Shown here: in pieces, positions 37,476 through 46,774 of the stretch
How the letters are laid out: the number at the start of each line of letters is the position of its first letter
How positions within the stretch are numbered: position 1 is the first letter of the stretch
Virus record (IMG/VR): IMGVR_UViG_3300014205_000213
Span: 9,152 to 73,151 of that record
Strand: one strand, 5' to 3'
DNA length: 64,000 nucleotides
Source of the DNA: a virus
Lineage: Duplodnaviria; Caudoviricetes
The notes under the pieces: model-generated
Told to the model about the DNA's origin: nothing
Databases searched by the model: none
Seen by the model: only the letters and a program-made list of their open reading frames with translations
Made by a program: the position numbers and the translations under genes

Positions 37476-37519
37476 ATGGACGCATGTAACTAATATGAAC
37501 CAAAATAAAACCAAGTAGA

Positions 37520-37747
37520 ATGAAAAAAATCATTTTTGTAACTGAAAAAATGGACGAGGCATGGGTAGATTTACTTTATGCCAATGAGCCTGATCTGAAT
37601 GATCCTTACTTCCCCAAAGAGGTATTATGCATTGACGGGGAAATTGTGACTTTACTAATTACGGTTAATGATGTGCAGTACATTTGTATTTCCAATCCGA
37701 GAGACAGGAATACATGGTACCATGTCATAACAACTCAGGAAGCATGA
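37520..37747 (+). CDS. Hypothetical early protein
   Basis: 75 aa, first gene of a tightly tiled run. Confidence 0.6.
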   Translation: MKKIIFVTEKMDEAWVDLLYANEPDLNDPYFPKEVLCIDGEIVTLLITVNDVQYICISNPRDRNTWYHVITTQEA

Positions 37748-37965
37748 TGAAACGAACAAAGTGGACGACAATGCGACTAAAAAGGAGCTGTCCACCAAAA
37801 AGTAAGACCTACGTGGATGGAAAGGGTACTCTCCACATAGGATTATTAAATAGGTACCTACGTAAGGCTAAAAAACGAGGAGTCATGGGTTTGGAATTCT
37901 ATGACTCTGAAAACGACATCCGAACTATTTTTATTTTCAAACAACCACTAAAAAGAACAAGATGA
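37747..37965 (+). CDS. Hypothetical basic protein (MKRTK...)
   Basis: ATG overlapping the previous stop; ORF track 37684..37965. Confidence 0.6.
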   Translation: MKRTKWTTMRLKRSCPPKSKTYVDGKGTLHIGLLNRYLRKAKKRGVMGLEFYDSENDIRTIFIFKQPLKRTR

Positions 37966-38150
37966 AAACAAGAAAATGGCAGTATGGTCCAACCATAATT
38001 AACTTCACATGTGAAGATTTTGAAGAGAATGGAACCTGGTTAGATACCTTGGTTTACATAAACGGATATGAAGTCTGTGTCATTGCTGGATTTGATATTA
38101 ACAACTTTATCAATGACTACAAAAGTTTGATAACTAAATACAGAATTTGA
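37962..38150 (+). CDS. Hypothetical protein
   Basis: Tiled ORF. Confidence 0.55.
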   Translation: MKTRKWQYGPTIINFTCEDFEENGTWLDTLVYINGYEVCVIAGFDINNFINDYKSLITKYRI

Positions 38151-38151
38151 A

Positions 38152-38373
38152 ATGAGAATGAGAAATGGAACTTATTATTTAAACAATTCTGGCAGTCGCT
38201 GGATTGTTTATGAAAATGGCAAAAAGTCTACTATTACGTTGGAAACTAAGTCACATAATTTTGTTACCAGAACCGTAATTTATTACTTCTCCTTCGGCAA
38301 TTTTGCTGGAGCCCTTATCTCCTATAAAGGAAAAAGAATCAGAGTTTTGAAATCAACTATTTTGGAGGACTAA
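38152..38373 (+). CDS. Hypothetical protein
   Basis: Tiled ORF. Confidence 0.6.
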   Translation: MRMRNGTYYLNNSGSRWIVYENGKKSTITLETKSHNFVTRTVIYYFSFGNFAGALISYKGKRIRVLKSTILED

Positions 38374-38376
38374 AAA

Positions 38377-38607
38377 ATGAAATCAATCACATTAGAAGAA
38401 GCCAAAAAATTGAGTCCAGGAGAGTGGATATACCATCGGACTGAAAGAGACTCCAAAGGTAATCCAAAGAGATGGAAAGTCTCTGGGAAACCTATTGTCT
38501 GGAAAAAGACTCCTGAAAGGGTAGAAGTTCCATTAAAATATGGAATGTACACCAATAGCAGGTTAACAGAAAGAAATCTTTATTACTTTTCACTAACAGA
38601 TTATTAA
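38377..38607 (+). CDS. Hypothetical protein
   Basis: Tiled ORF; RWKVSGKPIVWKKTPERVEVPLKYG. Confidence 0.6.
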   Translation: MKSITLEEAKKLSPGEWIYHRTERDSKGNPKRWKVSGKPIVWKKTPERVEVPLKYGMYTNSRLTERNLYYFSLTDY

Positions 38608-38609
38608 TC

Positions 38610-38819
38610 ATGAAAGTATGGAGAGCTAAAAAGATGGTGAGAAGAGTTCAAAGTTTAATTCACGAACATTCTATATTGAACTCTTTAATAAAAAGTACCG
38701 AAGAATTGGCAAAAAGGCCAAATTACGACATGGATACATCCTATCTCCCAAATTACAGAAGGAGACTGGCAAGTATTGAAAAAACATTTGACGAAATCTT
38801 TAATACACCTGAAAAATGA
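38610..38819 (+). CDS. Hypothetical protein
   Basis: Tiled ORF. Confidence 0.55.
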   Translation: MKVWRAKKMVRRVQSLIHEHSILNSLIKSTEELAKRPNYDMDTSYLPNYRRRLASIEKTFDEIFNTPEK

Positions 38820-39085
38820 AAGTACAAAAAATAGAATTGATAGAAAAGGCTCAAGACCTTATTATGGAAGCGATTGCTTTATTAGAAGTAGCCCTTCAAA
38901 AAGATGAGGATTCAAAAGAGTATCTTTTGAACCAAATCAAAACCTACACATCATCGGACTTCGGCTTTGTATCAGCCAATTTGAATATGGACGAGCTTAT
39001 TTTGAAATATTCAAAGGATAAAGAAAAGATAGATATAGGTGAAGATATTATTGATATACTTTATAATAATAATTCTGATTGTTAA
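38816..39085 (+). CDS. Hypothetical protein
   Basis: Tiled ORF. Confidence 0.55.
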   Translation: MKVQKIELIEKAQDLIMEAIALLEVALQKDEDSKEYLLNQIKTYTSSDFGFVSANLNMDELILKYSKDKEKIDIGEDIIDILYNNNSDC

Positions 39086-39104
39086 ACCAAAAAACCCAAA
39101 AAAG

Positions 39105-39638
39105 ATGAAAAAAATGAATTTAGAAATTGTTGTTAACCCTTCCATTAAGGATGTTATCTTAATTGATGGAGAACCTCTTTTAGGTAAGGTGAATCCTTTC
39201 ACATCAGAAATGGTAGATGAAGTCGAAAAATGGTACAAAGAACTCCTGTTATCTACCATGGAGGAAGGTTTATCTGTTCATGATATTGTTGAAAAGGTTT
39301 TAAAAGAAAGAAAGGAAGATGGAATTGACTTAGCCAGATACATATTCCTTGTCGGTCAAATTCGAAGTCATTGTGATTCTGAACACAACATGTTCATCCT
39401 CTCCATGTTACTTGGTTGTAAGAGGGGAACTCCCACCACAGAAATTCTTTCCCTGCAAAGAAATTTTGCATTATCTTACCTGGCAAAGAAAGACAAACTT
39501 GATCCGTACGTGGAGATAAAAGCCAATATGATGACATTGATCATATATTCCAGCATACTATATTTGATGCAACACAAAGATGAAGCCGAGGCCTGTTCCT
39601 TATTACTTGCTTTACAAGGGTTTACACCCACAAATTAA
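39105..39638 (+). CDS. Hypothetical protein
   Basis: ORF track 39039..39638; ATG 39105 follows the previous stop. Confidence 0.6.
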   Translation: MKKMNLEIVVNPSIKDVILIDGEPLLGKVNPFTSEMVDEVEKWYKELLLSTMEEGLSVHDIVEKVLKERKEDGIDLARYIFLVGQIRSHCDSEHNMFILSMLLGCKRGTPTTEILSLQRNFALSYLAKKDKLDPYVEIKANMMTLIIYSSILYLMQHKDEAEACSLLLALQGFTPTN

Positions 39639-39654
39639 TTATTCTTTGTGAAAA

Positions 39655-39686
39655 TTTGTTGGTAATAAAATTAGTTGTTAACTTTG
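39655..39686 (+). promoter_or_regulatory. Bacteroidota-type housekeeping promoter TTTG-N20-TAACTTTG
   Basis: Matches the -33 TTTG / -7 TAnnTTTG consensus with a 20 nt spacer, 25 bp before ATG 39711. Confidence 0.7.
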
Positions 39687-39710
39687 TTTTTTATAAAATT
39701 GTAAAACACT

Positions 39711-39905
39711 ATGAAAGAAAAAATTAGCCTTAATGAATTGAAAGAATTCTTCCGTGAACATTACGGATACATAGACATGGAATTGACAGACAAAGAACTG
39801 CTCGAGTTCTTACATGAAGCGAATAAGAAAGGGTATTCCCTACCAAGGACGGCAGATATGTTATCAGACCTTTTACTTGCCAGCGGGGCATTCGCTCAGG
39901 AATAA
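39711..39905 (+). CDS. Hypothetical protein
   Basis: 64 aa after promoter. Confidence 0.6.
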   Translation: MKEKISLNELKEFFREHYGYIDMELTDKELLEFLHEANKKGYSLPRTADMLSDLLLASGAFAQE

Positions 39906-40150
39906 TGAAAACTTTATCAGGCAAAAAGATTAGTGAATGTTACCTGTTCTACGAAAATATAATTGTGGTAGATAAATCAGGTAAGCAGTATTTTCTAAAA
40001 AAGGAACATCTCATGGACATAGTTACAAAAGCCATGAAGGAGGTAACCTTTGAAGTAACAAAAAAGAGGACGCGAACATGGTTAGTACCAAACATTAAAC
40101 CAAGAAAACCAAAACATGGTGGAAAAAAGAGCAGTGATAGCACTAAATGA
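39905..40150 (+). CDS. Hypothetical protein
   Basis: Tiled ORF. Confidence 0.55.
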   Translation: MKTLSGKKISECYLFYENIIVVDKSGKQYFLKKEHLMDIVTKAMKEVTFEVTKKRTRTWLVPNIKPRKPKHGGKKSSDSTK

Positions 40151-41747
40151 AAACAAGGATCGGGTCATTAAAATTATATTTTCCAATGATGATCTTGATT
40201 CCTTACACAAGGTACGGTCCCTTCCAGGTAGGAAGTTTCATTCTAAACATAACTGTTGGAGCACCCCTGTTCGAGACGATGTAATTCATTCATTAAAGAA
40301 TTGGGGTTTTCTTTTAGACCAAATATTGGAAAAAAAGATAGCAAAGACAGATTATTCGGAAAAGATAAAAAATCTCTCCATACCTGGGTTAAAGAAAGAA
40401 CTTCGTTTATTCCAAAAGGCTGGTGTACATTTTATTGAAAGACACAATGGTAGAATTCTACTTGCCGACGAAATGGGATTAGGTAAAACCATACAAACAT
40501 TAGCTTGGTTACAATTACGAAAAGAAGTCAGACCAGCCATAATTGTAACACCAGCCTCTTTAAAATTGAATTGGGCAAAAGAAGCTATTGATTGGATGAA
40601 AAATCCACAGGTAGAAATCCTAACTGGACAAACACCTTGGACTCCCAGCGGTAAGATATTAATCATTAATTATGATATTCTTTCCTACTGGGTTCGTGCT
40701 TTAATGAAAATTAATGCCATGGTATTGATCACGGATGAATGTTATTATTATCAAAACACAACTGCCCAACGAACAAAACAATTGAAACTGCTTGCAAAAG
40801 GTATTCCCAAGTTTATTGCAATATCTGGTAATCCAATTGAGAATCGTCCAATTGAGATTTACAATGCCTGGAAATTAACCGATCCAGAAGGTTGTCCAGA
40901 GTATTGGGATTTTACAGGAAGATATTGTAAGAGACATAGAAATGGTTTTGGTTGGGATATGAGTGGAGCTTCCCACACCGAGGAATTGCATCAAAGATTA
41001 GTGGATACAATTATGCTCAGACGTAAAAAGGATGAAGTACTTACAGATCTCCCCGCTAAGACGCGATCATTTATTCCTATACAGTTATACAATGAGGCTG
41101 TTTATCAACGAGCAGAGGAGGACTTTCTCACCTATATCAGGGAAACAAAAGGGAGGGAGGCTGAGGAGAGGGCTTCGAGGGCTGAATCCTTTGCCAAAGT
41201 TGAGGTATTAAAACAGCTGGCTGTGGAAGGTAAAATGACTGAGGCTATAGAATGGATTGATAACTTTTTAAAGTCTGGCAGAAAGTTAGTTGTATTTGCT
41301 GTTCACAAATCTGTAATAAAAACTTTAATGACAAAATTTGGTGACATTGCTGTTAAGGTGGACGGAAGTTGTAATGCTCCAAAAAAGGAAGAGGCAAAAG
41401 TTCAATTCCAAACAAATCCAAACATTCGTTTATTTGTAGGGAATATTAATGCGGCCAGAATGGGGCTTACATTAACTGCTGCACATGATTTAGTATTTCT
41501 TGAACTTCCTTGGACTCCTGGTGCCTTAGGGCAGGCGGAAGACAGAGTACATAGGATCACACAAACAAAAGGAGTAGTCATTTATTTCCTACTCGCACTT
41601 GGAACCATAGAGGAAAAGATAGCCAAGTTACTGGACAAAAAACGAAAGGTTCTGGATGCCATTCTTGATGGTGTTGAAACAACGCAAGATGATTTATTAT
41701 CAGAGTTAATTTCGGAATATAAACAATTAAAACCAAGAAAGAAATGA
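40116..41747 (+). CDS. SNF2-family helicase/annealing ATPase (HARP/SMARCAL1-like)
   Basis: LADEMGLGKT, DEC(Y), SGNPIEN, QAEDRVHRI; N-terminal HARP-like LPGRKF...WS. Confidence 0.9.
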   Translation: MVEKRAVIALNENKDRVIKIIFSNDDLDSLHKVRSLPGRKFHSKHNCWSTPVRDDVIHSLKNWGFLLDQILEKKIAKTDYSEKIKNLSIPGLKKELRLFQKAGVHFIERHNGRILLADEMGLGKTIQTLAWLQLRKEVRPAIIVTPASLKLNWAKEAIDWMKNPQVEILTGQTPWTPSGKILIINYDILSYWVRALMKINAMVLITDECYYYQNTTAQRTKQLKLLAKGIPKFIAISGNPIENRPIEIYNAWKLTDPEGCPEYWDFTGRYCKRHRNGFGWDMSGASHTEELHQRLVDTIMLRRKKDEVLTDLPAKTRSFIPIQLYNEAVYQRAEEDFLTYIRETKGREAEERASRAESFAKVEVLKQLAVEGKMTEAIEWIDNFLKSGRKLVVFAVHKSVIKTLMTKFGDIAVKVDGSCNAPKKEEAKVQFQTNPNIRLFVGNINAARMGLTLTAAHDLVFLELPWTPGALGQAEDRVHRITQTKGVVIYFLLALGTIEEKIAKLLDKKRKVLDAILDGVETTQDDLLSELISEYKQLKPRKK

Positions 41748-41977
41748 AAAAAGGATTCAAACTTTGGTTCTTAAACGTGCTTTGGAGGATGCAGTTTAAG
41801 AAGGGGGTATTCAATGGAAAGAAAGGATATCATTGTACAGAATGTGTCTGTGGAAATTACTTCTCCTGTAATGACTTCCATTGCCCTGTTGAAGAAGAAC
41901 CATATGGCAAAATGGTTTGGAAATTTAAAAACGATTGGTTAATCAAAAAACTTAATAAATGGAGAACATCAATTTAA
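41744..41977 (+). CDS. Small Cys-rich protein
   Basis: CTECVCGNYFSCNDFHC. Confidence 0.5.
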   Translation: MKKGFKLWFLNVLWRMQFKKGVFNGKKGYHCTECVCGNYFSCNDFHCPVEEEPYGKMVWKFKNDWLIKKLNKWRTSI

Positions 41978-42405
41978 TTAGAAAAGTTGCGTGGTCATTT
42001 CATTATACAACAGGATTAGATTGGGATGATCTCTTTCAAGAAGCTGCATATGCATACTTGGAAGGAATAAAATCACATAATCCTAAGAAAGGAACAATAT
42101 CCACCCACATGTGGGTATGTATGTCTAACCATTTAAGAAACTACATCAAGGAGCAGGAATATTATAACTGTACTTCACCCTTTGAAGAGGGGTACGATTT
42201 TCCCACTGACTCTAATGACTTCTTTGATAGATTAACCGAAGATGCTCAGACAGTTGCACGAATGGTTTTATCCTCATCAAAGAAATTTGTAGTTTTAGAT
42301 AAAGAAGAGGCTGAGGATCGATTGGTGCGTATATTAGCCAAACAGAGATGGCCAGCAGAACGTATATGTCAAGCAATACTAAATTTAGAACAAGCATTTG
42401 AATAA
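41959..42405 (+). CDS. Sigma-70 region 2 protein (phage sigma factor)
   Basis: DWDDLFQEAAYAYLEGIKSHNPKKGTISTHMWVCMSNHLRNYIK. Confidence 0.75.
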   Translation: MENINLIRKVAWSFHYTTGLDWDDLFQEAAYAYLEGIKSHNPKKGTISTHMWVCMSNHLRNYIKEQEYYNCTSPFEEGYDFPTDSNDFFDRLTEDAQTVARMVLSSSKKFVVLDKEEAEDRLVRILAKQRWPAERICQAILNLEQAFE

Positions 42406-42414
42406 ATAAACGAA

Positions 42415-42423
42415 TTGTATAAT
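42415..42423 (+). promoter_or_regulatory. TTGTATAAT putative phage promoter
   Basis: Intergenic copy right after the sigma gene. Confidence 0.6.
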
Positions 42424-42442
42424 AAATTAAAAATTTAAAATT

Positions 42443-42697
42443 ATGGCACGAATGAACAATGAACTTTTTCATTTCCTCACATCGAGGAATATTTTTAAAG
42501 GCTATTCTCCAACCGAAGTTGCTTCCCAGGCAACTGAAAACAGGAGGAAAGAACGTCAAAGAGGAACCCTTGTATGGTTGTCCAAAGGATGGAGGACACT
42601 TCCTGAAACTGGACTCAAACGTGTAATAGGAAAAGGAACCTATATCAGAAGTCTTCATGGCAGATTAAAACATGACAGAAATATTTATAACGAATAG
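42443..42697 (+). CDS. Hypothetical basic protein
   Basis: 84 aa after promoter motif. Confidence 0.6.
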   Translation: MARMNNELFHFLTSRNIFKGYSPTEVASQATENRRKERQRGTLVWLSKGWRTLPETGLKRVIGKGTYIRSLHGRLKHDRNIYNE

Positions 42698-42699
42698 TC

Positions 42700-42954
42700 A
42701 TGGCAATATTTGATTCTGTCTTCGGTAGATTTGAGAGGGGAGGTTGGGTTATTGGTGGTTATGTTCCTTCCTCTACTGATGAAATAAAAGATCTGATTGA
42801 TAAGGAAATTCGTAATGCCACAAGAAAACAGGTATTGAATTGGAATAAGACATTCAGAATTGATAAAGTCAAAGGTGACTTAACCACCTATCAAAAGATG
42901 AAAGTATTCACATTTTTACATAACCTTGATAATGCAAAAATAATTGAATTATGA
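42700..42954 (+). CDS. Hypothetical protein
   Basis: Tiled ORF. Confidence 0.55.
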   Translation: MAIFDSVFGRFERGGWVIGGYVPSSTDEIKDLIDKEIRNATRKQVLNWNKTFRIDKVKGDLTTYQKMKVFTFLHNLDNAKIIEL

Positions 42955-43151
42955 GCAGTAAAGAACAATTCAGAGATGCTCTTCATAGAGCGAATGATGC
43001 CGTTCATAGATTGTCTACAGAAAAAGATAAATTGGAAAAGGAGAACGGTTCCTTAAGAATACAAAATGAAAATTTATCTCAATCTAACAGAGATCTCAGA
43101 AAAGAACTTTCCAAGTTCTACGACAGAAAATGGTGGCAATTTTGGAAATAA
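42951..43151 (+). CDS. Small coiled-coil protein ending KWWQFWK
   Basis: Heptad pattern with a C-terminal amphipathic WWQFWK tail. Confidence 0.6.
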   Translation: MSSKEQFRDALHRANDAVHRLSTEKDKLEKENGSLRIQNENLSQSNRDLRKELSKFYDRKWWQFWK

Positions 43152-43158
43152 AAACTAT

Positions 43159-43446
43159 ATGATACCAACAAACTGGATAAAAGGAAATTCAATTGCCTCA
43201 TACTTTTTAAGGCAGGTTGAAAAAAATAAAGATGGAGAGATCATTTTAAGAAAATTATACAAATGTGCTTCCATCAGAGGAAATAACCTATCCGTATTCT
43301 GGATTGATGTTTGTAACAGGGAAATGAGCATGGCATTAAAATTATGTATCCACTGCCCCTGTAATATACTTGAAGAAGCCTGTTCAAAATACGACGGCTC
43401 AGGAAAAGAACTTGTAAAAAAATATTTAGAGGAGACAAAAGTATGA
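43159..43446 (+). CDS. Hypothetical protein
   Basis: ORF track 43066..43446; ATG 43159 after AAAACTAT. Confidence 0.55.
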   Translation: MIPTNWIKGNSIASYFLRQVEKNKDGEIILRKLYKCASIRGNNLSVFWIDVCNREMSMALKLCIHCPCNILEEACSKYDGSGKELVKKYLEETKV

Positions 43447-43616
43447 AAGAAAAAATTGTTAATCTCATCACCAATTATCGTAGTAGAATAGCAAAGCTAC
43501 AAAATACCATAAACTTTTACGAAAGAAGTGGTAGGGCAGGAGCCTGTATTAATATCTCAGGAAAGATTGAAGCATATAATGCAGTAATTAAAGATTTAAT
43601 GGAGGTTATTAAATGA
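43443..43616 (+). CDS. Small hypothetical protein (57 aa)
   Basis: Read manually; fills the gap with overlapping junctions. Confidence 0.5.
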   Translation: MKEKIVNLITNYRSRIAKLQNTINFYERSGRAGACINISGKIEAYNAVIKDLMEVIK

Positions 43617-43846
43617 AAACAATCACATTCAAACCCGAATTTGAAAAGAAACTCAAAGAGTTGAAAGTCAAGACAAAGTTTGTCAATGCCATTGCGGTAC
43701 ATAATCATAAAATACACATGCTTGTTAGAGAAAGAGTGGATATTATAAATGATTGTGAGTCTTTCCGTGACTTTATTAGGAGCGGATTTATCTGGTCCGA
43801 ATCAAAGGAAGGTTTCTTCTTTTGGCACGATATAGCAAATTCATAA
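43613..43846 (+). CDS. Hypothetical protein
   Basis: FIWSESKEGFFFWHDI motif; tiled. Confidence 0.6.
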   Translation: MKTITFKPEFEKKLKELKVKTKFVNAIAVHNHKIHMLVRERVDIINDCESFRDFIRSGFIWSESKEGFFFWHDIANS

Positions 43847-44766
43847 TGGACATAGTTCAACTGTATATGGATTATGGTGTTGACTTTAGAACGGAAGGTC
43901 ACAAACACTGCCGACCTGGTTGGGTTAACACTCCTTGTCCTTTCTGTATAAGTGAACAAGGTCACGAAGGATATCATTTAGGTTATGAATTAAGCAGTGA
44001 TCATTATTATTGTTGGAGATGTGGATGGCACCCAGCCTTACAAACCATATCAAAACTTATAAATTTATCAGAGACCGAAACCAGAGGGATAATCAAAGGG
44101 TATGGACTTATCGTTTCTAAGCCTCCAATTAGTTTGACAAGCAAAGTTAATACCAAAGACTATCGAATGCCCTCTGGTATAGGTCCTCTTGAAAAGAATC
44201 ATATAACATATTTGGAAAAAAGAGGCTTCAATCCCTCCCAATTAATACGAGATTGGCACATCGTTGGTACAGGACCTATGAGCACGTTAGACGGGCTCTC
44301 TTATAAGTTTAGGATAATAGTGCCTGTAATATGGGAAGCCCGCGCAGTCTCCTTTATTTCACGTGACATCACAAACAAAAGCAGTTACAGGTATATAGTA
44401 TGCCCAAAGGAGCGGGAATTAATACACCATAAACACATTATTTATGGAAAACAGGAGGATTGGACTGATGTCGGAATCTGTGTTGAAGGTGTTACTGATG
44501 TATGGCGTTTCGGTAGTATTGCATTTGCTACATTTGGTATTGAATATACTCCACAACAAGTTCGAGTCATAGCAAAAAACTTCAAACGGGTGTTCATTAT
44601 ATTTGATGACGAACCTCAAGCACTTAATCAAGCAAACAAATTATCAGGAGACTTAAAGTTCAGAGGAATTGAAAGTAAAGTTATTTCAATAAGGGGGGAT
44701 CCTGCAAGTCTATCACAAAAGGAAGCAAATTATTTATTGAAACAATTATTAATAAATCGAAAATGA
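43846..44766 (+). CDS. DNA primase (Zn finger plus TOPRIM)
   Basis: CPFC...YYCWRCG zinc finger; ICVEGVTD and IIFDDE TOPRIM motifs. Confidence 0.88.
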   Translation: MDIVQLYMDYGVDFRTEGHKHCRPGWVNTPCPFCISEQGHEGYHLGYELSSDHYYCWRCGWHPALQTISKLINLSETETRGIIKGYGLIVSKPPISLTSKVNTKDYRMPSGIGPLEKNHITYLEKRGFNPSQLIRDWHIVGTGPMSTLDGLSYKFRIIVPVIWEARAVSFISRDITNKSSYRYIVCPKERELIHHKHIIYGKQEDWTDVGICVEGVTDVWRFGSIAFATFGIEYTPQQVRVIAKNFKRVFIIFDDEPQALNQANKLSGDLKFRGIESKVISIRGDPASLSQKEANYLLKQLLINRK

Positions 44767-44920
44767 TTAGAACAAAACAACCAATTAAAGTAACCTTGGA
44801 GACAGGGGAAGTTAAAATATTAAATATTTCTAACTCTTTATCAGATAAAGAAATTATATGGTTACTTCATTTGGTATACGGAGCACAAAGTTGGTTAGAA
44901 TATAAAATAAAAAAAGCAGT

Positions 44921-45280
44921 ATGAAAAGAACTAAATTTCCTATTCGAGGTCGGTTTACTTTCAAAAACTATGAACGTACAGGAAGGTTTAGATCATTTGA
45001 TCCAAAAGGATGCCATATTAAATTGAGAGGAGAGATTGTTGGTTTTATTCAAGAAAGAAAATCATACGGTTTGCAACCAAATGAAGTACTTTTGGACAGA
45101 TTCTCCATATCTTTTAGGCTTAATAAAGAAGACATTATGGAAGATGGAAATTTTAATTGTGTTTGGAAGAACGCTACCTTGGCAAAAAAGGCAGATAGTT
45201 TGAAAGATGCAAAAGAATTTATACTAAAATTTAATGATGAAATTCAAAAGAAGTTCAATATTTATTTAAAAACAGATTAA
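44921..45280 (+). CDS. Hypothetical protein (MKRTK...)
   Basis: 119 aa ORF. Confidence 0.6.
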   Translation: MKRTKFPIRGRFTFKNYERTGRFRSFDPKGCHIKLRGEIVGFIQERKSYGLQPNEVLLDRFSISFRLNKEDIMEDGNFNCVWKNATLAKKADSLKDAKEFILKFNDEIQKKFNIYLKTD

Positions 45281-45284
45281 AACC

Positions 45285-45707
45285 ATGAAAATGAACAAAA
45301 TTGATTTAATTAAGGCAGGTGCCGAGTTGAATTATGTACTCGGTTTAGAGAAACCTAATACAGGCGAACCAGGGGTAGACATCTATTCTTCCTCTGAAGA
45401 ACAATTAAAGGAGGATATCCTCTTTGCTTCGCATCTGATATGCGATGCAGACACCTTTACTCCAGAGACCTGTTTTGTACTGGATGCGCTAAAGACTGAA
45501 AAAGAGAGAAAAGAAGGATTTAAAAGAAAAAACCCTCCTTCAGCCACTCTCACTCCAGCCAAGAACACAGCAATAAAGGAAGTGCTACGTCAGGCTGCAA
45601 ATTGGCAGGAACTTATGACTAAGGCAGAAGCAAAAGATATTACATATGGTAATGCCAGAGAACGTGTAATTGAACGAATATTCAAATCACTTGTAGGAAA
45701 ACTATAA
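45285..45707 (+). CDS. Protein sharing the N-terminal ELN..LGL domain with acidic protein 51595..52584
   Basis: LIKAGAELNYVLGL...DTFTPETCFVLDAL aligns with [14 protein letters not shown]...[14 protein letters not shown]. Confidence 0.65.
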   Translation: MKMNKIDLIKAGAELNYVLGLEKPNTGEPGVDIYSSSEEQLKEDILFASHLICDADTFTPETCFVLDALKTEKERKEGFKRKNPPSATLTPAKNTAIKEVLRQAANWQELMTKAEAKDITYGNARERVIERIFKSLVGKL

Positions 45708-45711
45708 AACC

Positions 45712-46029
45712 ATGAAAAGGACAAAATTCTCAAAACCGTTTGTGATTACTGATGTTGAAGGAGTTCCTATCATCAGGCAACCAGCGCCCGGTACTATTGT
45801 TACACATACAGGATGGCATCCAGGACCAGGAATCCTAAAAGGATATCCTTGCGATGTTTATATTGTTGATGGTCATTATCAAGTAAACGGCAGGCTCTCA
45901 AATTACTTCCATTGGAGAAGAGTTTTAAAAGACTCAAAAGGTCATATTACCTTAGGTAAGACAGTATCCGGATACGGATCATTTCATGAATGTAAAACGA
46001 AATATAATATTAAAGTTCAGGTAAAATAA
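45712..46029 (+). CDS. Hypothetical protein (MKRTK...)
   Basis: 105 aa ORF; GRLSNYFHWRRV. Confidence 0.6.
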   Translation: MKRTKFSKPFVITDVEGVPIIRQPAPGTIVTHTGWHPGPGILKGYPCDVYIVDGHYQVNGRLSNYFHWRRVLKDSKGHITLGKTVSGYGSFHECKTKYNIKVQVK

Positions 46030-46185
46030 AACAGTAAAGATGAAAACTAAAATTAAAAATAATAAACAAGGTGAATGCGGATTTTTTTGTTTTAAATATT
46101 GGATTGGATCAGGCTGTGATAATTGCTTAGATCACCATGTAAAAAGAAATAACGCAACCCGCAAAAACAAGTAAAAAGTAAGATT

Positions 46186-46359
46186 ATGCAAGAATATTAC
46201 AATGTCAGAAGATTAGCCTTAGTATTAGCTATTCAGGCTGAAATAGATGGAATGAAAGTTAAAAACTTAACTGATCCTGGAACTTATAATGAACAACAAT
46301 TCATGGATAAAGCAGAAGAATTAAGATCAATGGCATATTGCCACGATGAACAACTTTAA
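46186..46359 (+). CDS. Small hypothetical protein (57 aa)
   Basis: Read manually (MQEYYNVRRLALVLAIQAEIDGMK...). Confidence 0.5.
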   Translation: MQEYYNVRRLALVLAIQAEIDGMKVKNLTDPGTYNEQQFMDKAEELRSMAYCHDEQL

Positions 46360-46388
46360 CCCCGCCTAAAGATAAAAAACTATGGAAA
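46356..46388 (+). repeat. Dispersed repeat A, copy 2
   Basis: Matches 303-334. Confidence 0.9.
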
Positions 46389-46585
46389 GAGAATTAACAT
46401 CAGAAGAAAAAATAGTTAGAGAAGTATCTGAAAAGAATAATCCGTATGCTCCTGAATGCCCTAATAAGCATTTATGGAGTGAAGGTTTTAGATGTGGATA
46501 TAAATATGCCATTGGGGTATGTGATTTTGCAGACGCCGTATTTAAAAAGCCAGTAGAGATACCTGAGATAAGCGATGAAAAATGA
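46382..46585 (+). CDS. Hypothetical protein ending KPVEIPEISDEK
   Basis: 67 aa; bounded by repeats A and B. Confidence 0.55.
   Translation: MERELTSEEKIVREVSEKNNPYAPECPNKHLWSEGFRCGYKYAIGVCDFADAVFKKPVEIPEISDEK
46546..46576 (+). repeat. Dispersed repeat B, copy 2
   Basis: Matches 486-516 with one mismatch. Confidence 0.9.
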
Positions 46586-46774
46586 AAACGACAACAGAAC
46601 AGTATCTAATTTAGCAATACAGGGAGTTGGTTAGCTGGCTGGATACAGAATGCCCGAAAGTTGTTCCTCCATTAGAACCATATGCAACATCAGACCTAAG
46701 TCATAATTTTGCTGAATTATTACGCATAAGGCTTGACGAAATTGATTTGATAAGAACGAAATTAATAAAACAAA

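Noticed and set aside
303-46576. Diversity-generating retroelement (TR/VR pair) explanation for repeats A/B
   Set aside because: Repeats are short, the intervening sequences are unrelated rather than adenine-mutated, and no reverse transcriptase is in the window.
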